From a virus: a DNA stretch of 64,000 bases. The position numbers were made by a program, and so were the translations under genes. Each line of letters starts with the position of its first letter. The stretch's first letter is position 1. The notes beneath the pieces are model-generated. The model worked only from the letters and a program-made list of their open reading frames with translations, had not been told where the DNA came from and searched no databases. Where the stretch lies: positions 7,403-71,402 of the IMG/VR virus record IMGVR_UViG_3300037515_000591. One strand, 5' to 3'. Of this stretch, positions 44,182-52,213 are shown one piece after another.

Positions 44182-44570
44182 AGTTCGTCTGCTCCATCTT
44201 GAGGGTTCGGGCAACGGCACGTTCCGTCACTGTTGAACTCGTCGCCGAATGAGCTGGCGATGCGCGTCAAGTCCTCTTCGGAGATTCCTCCGTCACGCAG
44301 CCACTGGATCTCTTCCGTGGCCGTCATGCACGGGTGCTCCCAGTACGCGGTCCAGACCGTCTTGAGCTCTTCCGGAGTCAGGGGAAGCATTTCGAGGAAC
44401 CCCACGCCATAGGCACGCACGGCGTTCTCGTCTCCGTGGGGAAGATGGCCTGCTTCGTTCATGTGGAAGTACTGGCGCAGCCAGGAGGTCTTGATGGCGA
44501 ATGGATCGCTTCCTTCGTTCAACGCCTGCTTGATGGCGTCGGCGAGCTCTGCAGGAGACATGTCGGTCAC
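44178..44570 (-). CDS. hypothetical protein (paralog A)
   Basis: GTGA overlap start. VTDMSPAELADAIKQALNEGSDPFAIKTSWLRQYF... The protein ends in GADEL. Confidence 0.55.
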   Translation of the reverse strand: MTDMSPAELADAIKQALNEGSDPFAIKTSWLRQYFHMNEAGHLPHGDENAVRAYGVGFLEMLPLTPEELKTVWTAYWEHPCMTATEEIQWLRDGGISEEDLTRIASSFGDEFNSDGTCRCPNPQDGADEL

Positions 44571-45589
44571 AGCTCGTCCGCTCCGTTCTTGAGGATGTCG
44601 CCGTGGCAGGGCTCGGGGGCGCACCAGCAGCCGAGGGCTTTGCCCTTGAGCTCGTGGAGCTGGTCGAGGAGTGACGGCTTGTACGGCAGGTAGTGCTGCT
44701 CGTAGTTGCTGATGACGGCGTCGCGGTCGCCGTCGGCAGGCAGTTCGAAGGGGTTGCCCCAGGGGCCGCGGCGGTCGATGCGGACGTACAGTCCGGCGGC
44801 GTCGGCCCATTCGATGAGGTTGTTGTGCGGGCCGCGCAGGGTGACGACGATGGTTTCGCCGGAGCGGAGTTGCTTGAGGAGGTCGCGTTCGTCGTCGGTC
44901 CAGGAGGCGAAGATGCGCTCTTGCCGGATCTCTTCGAGGATCGGCTCTACGTCGATCGACTCAGGCATTCCGTCTGCCGCTTCGCGGAGGACTCCCTCAT
45001 CGAGGTGTTCAGCGATGTCACCGTTAACATCACTGAACGCTGAACCCGTACTGACGCCGAGAAAGTCGGCGATCTGTCGCGTGGACCATCCGGCTCGGGA
45101 CAGCAGTAGTGCCCTTACCTTCCGTACCTCTCGCCGGTGTTCGACGATGTCGCCGACCCACTTGCTCACCGTCTGCCGCGTGACCCCGGAGTACTTGGCG
45201 ATCGTCTTCAGGTCGTAGTCCGGGTTCGACTCGGCGATCTCCCGCGCGATCGTCTTCAGTTCGTCGCCCTTGATGCGGTCGCCGTGCTTCGCGGACAGGC
45301 TCGCGGCGAACAGCTTCGCGGGGACGCCTTCCGGGACCTCCTGCCATACGACGCGGATCTCGTCCCGGAGTGCCTGCTTGTGGGCCTGCCACCGGTGCAT
45401 GCCGTCGAGGAGCCGGTTCGTTTCGGGCTCCAGGACGATCGGCGGGAACTCGTCTCCGGCGTTGAGGGCTTCGGCGTAGCGGTTGACGGTGGCCTGGGAC
45501 CACTCGACGCGGGGGTAGATGGTGGGGTCGTACACGACTTCGGAGACGTTGATGTCGGCCACGTGCTCTCTTCTCTCGGGTTGGTTCAT
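44567..45589 (-). CDS. ParB-like nuclease domain, HTH and DUF4326 fusion protein
   Basis: PPIVLEPETNRLLDGMHRWQAH is ParB/Srx-like. GPWGNPF...GKALGCWCAPEPCHGDIL is DUF4326-like. The start is uncertain (45589, 45637 or GTG 45562). Confidence 0.7.
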   Translation of the reverse strand: MNQPERREHVADINVSEVVYDPTIYPRVEWSQATVNRYAEALNAGDEFPPIVLEPETNRLLDGMHRWQAHKQALRDEIRVVWQEVPEGVPAKLFAASLSAKHGDRIKGDELKTIAREIAESNPDYDLKTIAKYSGVTRQTVSKWVGDIVEHRREVRKVRALLLSRAGWSTRQIADFLGVSTGSAFSDVNGDIAEHLDEGVLREAADGMPESIDVEPILEEIRQERIFASWTDDERDLLKQLRSGETIVVTLRGPHNNLIEWADAAGLYVRIDRRGPWGNPFELPADGDRDAVISNYEQHYLPYKPSLLDQLHELKGKALGCWCAPEPCHGDILKNGADEL

Positions 45590-45641
45590 GGCATGGCTGA
45601 ATTGCCAGGTCAGGGAGGCCCTCTGCCGTGCACCCATGATG

Positions 45642-45708
45642 CCACATCCATGTGGCCACTGTGGTGTGGCTTTCGAAGTTCCGCTTCCGTGTGGCCACAT
45701 CGATGTGG
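45642..45708. promoter_or_regulatory. pair of inverted 18 bp operator-like sites
   Basis: CCACATCCATGTGGCCAC at 45642-45659 and GTGGCCACATCGATGTGG at 45691-45708. Each contains a 14 bp palindrome CCACATnnATGTGG. Confidence 0.55.
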
Positions 45709-45720
45709 GAACATGCCGAC

Positions 45721-45945
45721 ATGCCCGCCACCGAAGAGACCCTCGACCGCCTGCGGAAGGCAGTCCGCGCCAAGACGGCCGCCGAGACCCGCGCCGAGAA
45801 CGCCCGCGCCGCGCTCGCCATCGCCATGGCCGACGCCATAGAGGAGGGCATGCGGCAGAGCGACGTCGTGGCGATGACGGGCTACACGCGCGAGCACGTT
45901 CGCCGTCTCGTGCGTGAGGTCGAAGAGCAACGCTCCAAGTCCTGA
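45721..45945 (+). CDS. small HTH regulator
   Basis: MPATEETLDRLRKAV...MRQSDVVAMTGYTREHVRRLVRE. It is divergent from the ParB-DUF4326 operon. Confidence 0.6.
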   Translation: MPATEETLDRLRKAVRAKTAAETRAENARAALAIAMADAIEEGMRQSDVVAMTGYTREHVRRLVREVEEQRSKS

Positions 45946-45966
45946 CACCGCTCCTCCTCTCCGTGG

Positions 45967-45991
45967 GCCCCGCACCGTGCTGGTGCGGGGC
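45967..45991. terminator. terminator hairpin
   Basis: GCCCCGCACC gtgct GGTGCGGGGC followed by TTCGTG. Confidence 0.6.
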
Positions 45992-46005
45992 TTCGTGCTG
46001 CGTGG

Positions 46006-46194
46006 TCAGCGGAGTTCGCGGATGCGTCCCGCCGTGACGCCGTACTCCAAAGCCAGCCCGGTTGCCTTCTCACCTGCGGCGAGGCGCTGTGTGATGTCGG
46101 ACCGCTGCTGTGGCGTGAGCTTGGGTGTGGAGTGCTTTGGTGGCTTGGAGTTGCGGTGGCTGTTGCTCCAGCGGCGTTGGAGGTCGGTGGCCAT
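46006..46194 (-). CDS. small HTH protein
   Basis: KLTPQQRSDITQRLAAGEKATGLALEYGVTAGRIRELR is a Hin/resolvase-type HTH. Confidence 0.55.
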   Translation of the reverse strand: MATDLQRRWSNSHRNSKPPKHSTPKLTPQQRSDITQRLAAGEKATGLALEYGVTAGRIRELR

Positions 46195-46394
46195 CAGCGG
46201 GTTGTCTTCCGTCGGCCGCCGCCGGGTGCCCGCAGTGTCACGCCGGCTTCGAGGAGCAGTGCGCGGGTTCCGCCGTATGAGCGGCCGAGTTGGTCGGCGA
46301 CGGATCGGATGGTGGCGCCTTGCGCGTACAACTCCGCGGCATGCTGGCGGACTCGTACGCGTTCGGCGCCTTTGGTGTAGGGGCGTTTCTCCAT
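46194..46394 (-). CDS. small HTH protein
   Basis: MEKRPYTKGAERVRVRQHAAELYAQGATIRSVADQLGRSYGGTRALLLEAGV. Confidence 0.55.
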   Translation of the reverse strand: MEKRPYTKGAERVRVRQHAAELYAQGATIRSVADQLGRSYGGTRALLLEAGVTLRAPGGGRRKTTR

Positions 46395-46427
46395 CGGGTG
46401 GTGCCTTTCTTCGTGGTGGCTGGGGGT

Positions 46428-46500
46428 CCCGGGCCTCGCGCCGGGGGGAGGGGTCGCGAGGCCCGGGAGGGCGGTCGGCGCGTGGGGGTGCGGGCCGACC
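46428..46500 (-). terminator. two consecutive GC-rich stem-loops
   Basis: CCCGGGCCTCGCG...CGCGAGGCCCGGG (13 bp), then GGTCGGC...GCCGACC. Confidence 0.5.
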
Positions 46501-46515
46501 GCCGGTTCGGGTGGC

Positions 46516-47025
46516 TCAGTCGTGCTCGTAGAACTCGATCTCGATGCCGGTGCGGCGGACGGTGATGTTGGCGTGGTCGCCGAACGCATCGAGGAGGACG
46601 TGCTCGAAGTGGCCGCCCTCGATGGCCTTCTCCAGTGCCTTGCACCGGTCGTAGCGGGCGCGGTCCGGGCCTTCGTAGGTCTCGCTGACGACCGTCCGGC
46701 ACTTCGTAGCCGGGTCGACGTCGCCCCACTTCGTGGTGACCTTGCCGAGGCTGGGGTGGCCCCACATCTCCAGCTCGTCCTCGTCGGCGTCCTCGTCGGT
46801 CGTGGTCCGCACCCAAGTGCCGCAAGCACTGAAGGTGCAGGGTTCGCCGTCGTTGAAGTACGGGGTGTACTGCCGCCACCCGAACTCGACGATCGTCGGG
46901 TCGTCGAGGACCGCCTGAAGGATCGGCTGAAGCTCCTCGATCGGCTTCTGCGCTACACGGTCGGAGCCGCGGGTGATGTCGCCGTTGACAGGGATACCGA
47001 GGAAGTTGGTGGTCTGGTCGGTCAC
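46516..47025 (-). CDS. hypothetical protein
   Basis: GTGA overlap start, 169 aa, acidic. Confidence 0.6.
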   Translation of the reverse strand: MTDQTTNFLGIPVNGDITRGSDRVAQKPIEELQPILQAVLDDPTIVEFGWRQYTPYFNDGEPCTFSACGTWVRTTTDEDADEDELEMWGHPSLGKVTTKWGDVDPATKCRTVVSETYEGPDRARYDRCKALEKAIEGGHFEHVLLDAFGDHANITVRRTGIEIEFYEHD

Positions 47026-47408
47026 TTCGTGTCTCCAGAGGGCTGGTTGAGGAGCAGGTGAGAGAGGGGCACGGTCTTGCGCTGGCTGCCGGACATCCAC
47101 GGGCGGATGGGCATGCCGTCGATGTAGTCCGCGGGGCTGGGCAGCCAGCCGAGGTCTTCGAGGACGTGCTGCTCGGCGATGAGCCGGACCGGGACCCGGA
47201 CGGTGTTGCGGGTCTTGTGGACGTCGAGAGTGACTCCGAAGATCCGCTCGGCGAGGAACACGCCTTCGGTGTGGTGGTAGAGGGAGCGGTGGCGGACGTC
47301 GCCGATCAGGCGCTTCGAGCTGTCGAGGAACTGGTGGATCGGCAGGTACAGCTCCGGCTCACCGCCCCACTTGCGAGCGGAGGACTGGGCATGGTTGAAG
47401 GAGTTCAT
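47022..47408 (-). CDS. hypothetical protein
   Basis: 128 aa. MNSFNHAQSSARKWGGEPELYLPIHQFLDSSK...HRSLYHHTEG looks like a conserved small family. Confidence 0.65.
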   Translation of the reverse strand: MNSFNHAQSSARKWGGEPELYLPIHQFLDSSKRLIGDVRHRSLYHHTEGVFLAERIFGVTLDVHKTRNTVRVPVRLIAEQHVLEDLGWLPSPADYIDGMPIRPWMSGSQRKTVPLSHLLLNQPSGDTK

Positions 47409-47770
47409 GCGGCACCCGACCCGGCGTGTTCGGGGCAGTAGTCGTCGCCGTCGTCGGTGTGCTCCCAGCCCCCGTGCTCGACGAGGTGGGTGCGGGCCAC
47501 GGCGAGCCGTTCCCTGCTGCTCATCTCGCTGCTGACCATGTAGTCGCCGGTGTTCGTGGCGCCGCAGCGGTCGCAGTAGACGGTGATCTTCGACGGGTAG
47601 CGGGGGTCGTCCATGTCGCGGACGATCGCGTTGACCATGTCGGGTGTGAGGGGCTGGGGCGTGGGGTCGGGCTGGCAGGGGACGAGGTTGGAGTGGGCGT
47701 CCTTACCGCAGCCGCAGCGGTAGCCGGTGGGGCCGTAAGCGAGCGGGTCGGGGGTTGAGGTGTCGGGCAT
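47405..47770 (-). CDS. hypothetical Cys-rich protein
   Basis: 121 aa. Contains YRCGCGKDAH...YCDRCG...YCPEH. Confidence 0.6.
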   Translation of the reverse strand: MPDTSTPDPLAYGPTGYRCGCGKDAHSNLVPCQPDPTPQPLTPDMVNAIVRDMDDPRYPSKITVYCDRCGATNTGDYMVSSEMSSRERLAVARTHLVEHGGWEHTDDGDDYCPEHAGSGAA

Positions 47771-47784
47771 CGTGATCTCCTTGA

Positions 47785-47837
47785 GGTGGTGCCCCGGCCG
47801 AATTCGCGTCGGCCGGGGCGCTTTTGTGCGGGCGGAC
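47785..47837. repeat. conserved stem-loop element, copy A
   Basis: GGTGGTGCCCCGGCCGAattcgcgTCGGCCGGGGCGCTTTTGTGCGGGCGGAC. Confidence 0.6.
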
Positions 47838-48667
47838 TACTTGGGCATGGGCATCGAGCTGTTCGGCGGGTGCACCAGCCGGTCCAGCGACCGCCCGTCA
47901 CGCACCGCGTTCCAGGTCCGCACCAGGTAGCCCATATGCCGGGACTCCGGCAGCCGCATGCTGTCCAGACGCTCCGACGTCACCCGCGCCCGCAGCGCCA
48001 GAACCGGATGTCCGAGCGGAAGCTCCGCGCCGTCGGCGATGCGCTGGAAGAACCACGTCGCCTCGTCGAGAGCGAGCGCCGAGAACAGGAAGTGCGCGGA
48101 ACCGAGGACCGACTGCGGGATGTGAGGGAACGCGTTACGGGTACGCACGGCAATCTCTGCGGAGCGGCGCAGCTCGGGGCGCTCGGCGAGGAGCTGGGCG
48201 CACTCGCGGTTGGTGGCCGCGTAGTTGCCGGTGAACCGGTAATCGCCGCCGTTCCAGGCCCAGACACGGCGCAGGATCGCGGCGAGGGTGTGGGCGTTGG
48301 CTTCGCCGCGCAGGCCCATGACGTCGCCGGTGGTGCGCTTGCGGCCGGTGTCCATGGTTTCTTGGGCGGCCGGGTCGAGGCCGATGACGACGAGCATCTG
48401 CACGGTGGTGTCGGCGTCGATGACGGCGCGGAGGCGGTGCTGGCCGTCGAGGACGGTGCCGTCGGTGGCGAATTTGATGGATTCGCCGTTGAGGGTCCAG
48501 TGGCCTGCGGTCATGTCGCGGGCGTAGTCGGCGACGGCTCGGTCGCGGAGTTTGCGGTTGTGGGTGTTGGTGCGGAGCCATTCGCGGGCGAGGTCGGGGG
48601 TGACGTCGATGACGACGGCGGTGGGGCCGTCGGTGTCGATGAGGGTGGGTAGGGTTTGAGCGTTCAT
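47837..48667 (-). CDS. ParB-like nuclease domain protein (DGQHR motif)
   Basis: ATG 48667. Contains NRKLRDRAVADYARDM..GHW...IKFATDGTVLDGQHRLRAV. Confidence 0.7.
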   Translation of the reverse strand: MNAQTLPTLIDTDGPTAVVIDVTPDLAREWLRTNTHNRKLRDRAVADYARDMTAGHWTLNGESIKFATDGTVLDGQHRLRAVIDADTTVQMLVVIGLDPAAQETMDTGRKRTTGDVMGLRGEANAHTLAAILRRVWAWNGGDYRFTGNYAATNRECAQLLAERPELRRSAEIAVRTRNAFPHIPQSVLGSAHFLFSALALDEATWFFQRIADGAELPLGHPVLALRARVTSERLDSMRLPESRHMGYLVRTWNAVRDGRSLDRLVHPPNSSMPMPK

Positions 48668-48685
48668 GGGTTGTTGCCTTTCGGG

Positions 48686-48737
48686 GTGGGTGCCCCGCCG
48701 GTTTCCGCCCGGCGGGGCGCTTTTGTGTGGGCGGTCA
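48686..48737. repeat. conserved stem-loop element, copy B
   Basis: GTGGGTGCCCCGCCGGtttccgcCCGGCGGGGCGCTTTTGTGTGGGCGGTC. Confidence 0.6.
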
Positions 48738-48953
48738 GGCGAGGTGTTCGTTCTCGTACGCCTCCGCGGCTTCCGCAGCCCGGACCGCGAGGGCGTCTTC
48801 TGCGCACGACTTATGCGCTGGAGACCGCTTCGAGTCGCGGAGGTTCGTCGGCCGCTGGCAGTACCGGCACGGCTTCTCGGTCCACGACCAATGCGAGGCG
48901 TCACGCCAGTCGAGGAGCGGCGGCGGGTCCCGGCCCGCGGGCTCCCCGCTCAC
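48735..48953 (-). CDS. small zinc-binding protein
   Basis: GTGA overlap start. Contains ...WTEKPCRYCQRPTNLRDSKRSPAHKSC... Confidence 0.45.
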   Translation of the reverse strand: MSGEPAGRDPPPLLDWRDASHWSWTEKPCRYCQRPTNLRDSKRSPAHKSCAEDALAVRAAEAAEAYENEHLA

Positions 48954-49636
48954 GCCAGGGCCTTGGTCGAACCGGTGCGGCGCAGCCGGTTGTCCGCGTC
49001 CGCGTTCGCCTGACGGCACGGAGGACACGGCGTCTGGCCAAGCTTGAGATGCCGCTGATAGCCGGGCCGGGTCCCGCACCGGGCGCGTCCCTCGCTGTCG
49101 ATGAGGTGCGCGGGGAGGTGGCATTCCTGGCTGCGGCAGTCGGCTGTCACGGGGCCGTTCGGGGTGTGGCCGCGGTCGAGGGTGAAGCACAACTGCCGGG
49201 GTGTGTACGTCTTCCCGCGGAAGCTGACCTTCCTCGGGCCGGTCCAGGCGAGGTGCCCGCCGTACAGGCGCACGGTGTTGTCGTCGAAGATTGACTGCAT
49301 GGTGCGGGGCTTGACGGGCCGGCGGGTCTGCCCGGCTTTGACCTCGTCGGGGGTGAGGTTGCGGCGTGCAGCCTGGCGGAGCAGACCGCGGCGCTCCGCC
49401 TCCGACATGCCGCCCCACACACCGAACGCCTGCCGTGTCGCCAAAGCCCAGGCCCCGCACGCTTGAAGGACCGGACAGCCGGAGCAGATGACTTTGGCGT
49501 GGCGCGTCTGGGCGTTGGCAGCGGGTGTGGCGCCGACAGGGAAGAACAGCTCTGCGTCCTCGTCGCGACATGCCGCGGCGTCTCGCCAGTCGGTGGCGCG
49601 TTGGGTGTCGGGGGCGGCGCCGGTGTAGTTGTTCAC
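48950..49636 (-). CDS. whiB: WhiB-like regulator fused to a C-terminal Cys-rich extension
   Basis: WRDAAACRDEDAELFFP...AKVICSGCPVLQACGAWAL...GVWGGMSEAERR. The start is GTG 49636 (GTGA overlap). Confidence 0.8.
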   Translation of the reverse strand: MNNYTGAAPDTQRATDWRDAAACRDEDAELFFPVGATPAANAQTRHAKVICSGCPVLQACGAWALATRQAFGVWGGMSEAERRGLLRQAARRNLTPDEVKAGQTRRPVKPRTMQSIFDDNTVRLYGGHLAWTGPRKVSFRGKTYTPRQLCFTLDRGHTPNGPVTADCRSQECHLPAHLIDSEGRARCGTRPGYQRHLKLGQTPCPPCRQANADADNRLRRTGSTKALA

Positions 49637-49914
49637 GCTTCGCCCTCCTGCTCGCGGTGTTCGTGGATGGCGTCGCGGAGCCGGTCGCACCCGGCGGCGT
49701 CGGCCGGGGGAGGCCCGAGTTCTTCGAACAGGGGGGCCAGGCGGGCGAAGTGGGCGTCGAGGTGCGCGTCGAGGTCTTCGAGGAGGAGCAGCCCGTCGGG
49801 GCCGACGTCGTGCTCCTCGTCGTCGCCCGCCCAGGCGGAGAGGATCTGCCACGCCCAAGCGAGCGCGGTGAAGACGGCGATCGTGGTGATGGTGAGGGCC
49901 TGACTGGTACTCAC
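49633..49914 (-). CDS. small membrane-anchored acidic protein
   Basis: GTGA overlap start. The N-terminus is VSTSQALTITTIAVFTALAWAWQIL. Confidence 0.45.
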   Translation of the reverse strand: MSTSQALTITTIAVFTALAWAWQILSAWAGDDEEHDVGPDGLLLLEDLDAHLDAHFARLAPLFEELGPPPADAAGCDRLRDAIHEHREQEGEA

Positions 49915-50450
49915 CGCGCCACCGCCAGCGGCCACACGCGGATCACGCAGCCCGGCCCGTCCAGCACATCCGGCGCGTCGGTCCCGGCGTAGTACTTGCC
50001 GAGCCGCACATACTCCACAACCCGCTGATCGTCATGCCAGACCACGCCGGTGAGGGCGTCTTCCGTACACCTGAGAATTTTGGACAAGTCGGGGAAGACC
50101 GACGGACGTGCGGGCGCCCCGTCCCGCAGCAGGTGCGCGTTGCGGCCCGTGCGGTAATGCCCCTTGGGCCGGGCGAAGGTGAACGTCATGGACGCGGCGA
50201 GGGGGCCGTCGAGGATCTTCCAGCCGGGCACGGCGGCGGTGGCGGCGAGGGCGGCGTACTTGACGTCCTGCCGCCACGGTTTGACCTTCTTGCTGGATTC
50301 GATCATGACGCCGTTGCCGACATGGCGTTTTGACCCCTGAGGTGCCGGGAGGCCGTGGACGGTGACGGTGATGGCGGATGAACCGGGCCGTGGCCCGGCC
50401 GCCGTGGTGGCGACCGGAACCCGCGGGGTGAACAGGGTCGGGGTGGTCAT
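49911..50450 (-). CDS. rusA: RusA-family Holliday junction resolvase
   Basis: ITVTVHGLPAPQGSKR...KPWRQDV...FARPKGHY...PDLSKILRCTEDALTGVVWHDDQRVVE. Confidence 0.8.
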   Translation of the reverse strand: MTTPTLFTPRVPVATTAAGPRPGSSAITVTVHGLPAPQGSKRHVGNGVMIESSKKVKPWRQDVKYAALAATAAVPGWKILDGPLAASMTFTFARPKGHYRTGRNAHLLRDGAPARPSVFPDLSKILRCTEDALTGVVWHDDQRVVEYVRLGKYYAGTDAPDVLDGPGCVIRVWPLAVAR

Positions 50451-51256
50451 GTCATGCACCACCCGGAGTCACAGGCACCATCGGCTTCGTCGAACATCGG
50501 CAGCAGGTCGACGCCGTCCGGGATGGCCTGCCGCAACGGCTTGTTGAACCGGGTCAGGTAGACGTGGTCCTTGCCCCGCTCGTCGCGGCGCTCGTTGAGG
50601 AGTTCTTCGAGCTGGCACGACTTCTCGAACAGCTCCGGCTCGTCGCGCCGCTGGTCGTGCCACGTCTCCGGGCGGTGGAACGGGCAGAAGAAACATGAGC
50701 TCTTGGGCGGCACCGGCAGGCCTGCCTCGCGGATGATGCGCGCGCAGTCGGTGCGCCTCAGGCCGAGGTCGAGCAGCGGGTAGGTGATGACCTCGTGCGG
50801 CTCGGTGCGCCGGTTGTTTGCCCGGTGGATCTCGTCGACGCTGATGCCGATGCCGATCACGGCCGGGGCCGTGGCAGTTGCGCCGCGCCGCTTCAGTTCC
50901 TTCCCGATCACCTTGATCTTGAAGTCGGCGGTGCACGACCGCTGGCCGGGCGCCCCGTTGGACATGCGGACCGGGATCGGCAGCGAGCGGGAGCCGGGCC
51001 GGGTGAGTCGGCCTATGAGGGTCTCGACGCTGCCGTCGCGCTTCACCCGGTCCAGGACGGCGAGCTCTATGCCGTGCTCGGCAGCGAACGGCCGGGCGTA
51101 CTCCTCGACGTACCGGAGAGTGCTGGGGTTCTCGGAGTCGTCGCCCACGTTGGCCATGAGGAACAGGCGGAAGTCGATGCGCTCCTGTGCGGCGAGGACG
51201 AGGAGGGCGGTGGATTGGACGCCACCGCCGTAGCTGATGGATCTCAGGACGGTCAT
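50447..51256 (-). CDS. PAPS reductase family (PP-loop) protein
   Basis: SYGGGVQSTALLVL is a PP-loop motif. There is a C-terminal Cys cluster CFFCPF. 269 aa. Confidence 0.8.
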   Translation of the reverse strand: MTVLRSISYGGGVQSTALLVLAAQERIDFRLFLMANVGDDSENPSTLRYVEEYARPFAAEHGIELAVLDRVKRDGSVETLIGRLTRPGSRSLPIPVRMSNGAPGQRSCTADFKIKVIGKELKRRGATATAPAVIGIGISVDEIHRANNRRTEPHEVITYPLLDLGLRRTDCARIIREAGLPVPPKSSCFFCPFHRPETWHDQRRDEPELFEKSCQLEELLNERRDERGKDHVYLTRFNKPLRQAIPDGVDLLPMFDEADGACDSGWCMT

Positions 51257-51561
51257 GAGTCCCCCAGGGTGGTGGTGCCGCAGTCCCAGCAGCGCCGGGA
51301 CGTGTCGCGGTTGACGGCGTGGGCGGTGGCCCGCTCGCAGCGCGGGCAGTCGGCGTCCTCGTGAGTGGCGATCTCATCCGCGTCGAGGAGCTGGCTCAGC
51401 TCCGTCTCGTTGAGGACCACGTGCGGGATCGGCACCGTCTGCTCGACGAGCGGTACGTCGGGCAGCAGCACGGGACGCCGCGGCCGGTGTCGGCCGGTGG
51501 GGGCGACGATCTGCCGCAGGACACGGGCGGGGCGCCGCAGGACACGCAGAGGACTGTTCAC
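51253..51561 (-). CDS. hypothetical protein
   Basis: 102 aa. Contains CPRCE...CWDCG. Confidence 0.55.
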   Translation of the reverse strand: MNSPLRVLRRPARVLRQIVAPTGRHRPRRPVLLPDVPLVEQTVPIPHVVLNETELSQLLDADEIATHEDADCPRCERATAHAVNRDTSRRCWDCGTTTLGDS

Positions 51562-51914
51562 GGTGTCGGCTCCTTCACGATCGGCTTGTCCTGCCGGTGA
51601 CGGCCCGCTTCAACAGCCGGGTCGTTGAGGCCGCACGCGTCGTCGAGCTGCTGCTCCAGGTGCTCGATACGCCGCTCCAGGGCGGCCATGTGGGCGGCGT
51701 CGGTGCTGTCTTCGAGGCGGCGGGCCAGTTCCGTGTTGCGGCCTTCGAGGCGCAGGTTCGCGGCGTGGAGGACGGCGTTCCGGGCGGCGAGGACGCGCCG
51801 TTCGCCTTCTGCGTCGTCGTGGCGTGCCTCGGTGTCCAGAACCCGTTGGCGCAGCTTGGTGACCTCGGCGAGTGCAGCGTTCAGGTGGCGGCGGGTAACG
51901 AATGGCCAGTTCAC
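51558..51914 (-). CDS. coiled-coil protein
   Basis: 118 aa with heptad-like charged helices. Confidence 0.55.
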   Translation of the reverse strand: MNWPFVTRRHLNAALAEVTKLRQRVLDTEARHDDAEGERRVLAARNAVLHAANLRLEGRNTELARRLEDSTDAAHMAALERRIEHLEQQLDDACGLNDPAVEAGRHRQDKPIVKEPTP

Positions 51915-52213
51915 AGGTCGGCTCCTTCCAGGCGGTCAAGCTCCAGGCGGATGTCGACGCGGGCCGCCGTCAGCTGCTCGGCGAGCGCTGCAGCGAATGC
52001 GCGGACGTCCTGCACTGCCGTGTCGGGGTGGCCGGCTGCGGTGATGACGGAGGCGATGACGTCCTTCGCGCGGGACAGCTTCCCGGCCACCAGCTCCAGG
52101 GCGTAGGCGCACACGCGGGCGTCGTACTCGGCGGCTTCGAGGTGGGCTTCGGCGGACTCGGCGCGTGCGTTGGCGGCGTTGGCGCGGTCGATGATCTGGC
52201 GGCGAGACGTCAC
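51911..52213 (-). CDS. hypothetical helical protein
   Basis: GTGA overlap start, 100 aa. Confidence 0.5.
   Translation of the reverse strand: MTSRRQIIDRANAANARAESAEAHLEAAEYDARVCAYALELVAGKLSRAKDVIASVITAAGHPDTAVQDVRAFAAALAEQLTAARVDIRLELDRLEGADL

Noticed and set aside
46006-46394. Two adjacent small HTH genes as a toxin-antitoxin pair.
   Set aside because: Both look like plain DNA-binding proteins. I recognise no toxin-like fold or motif.
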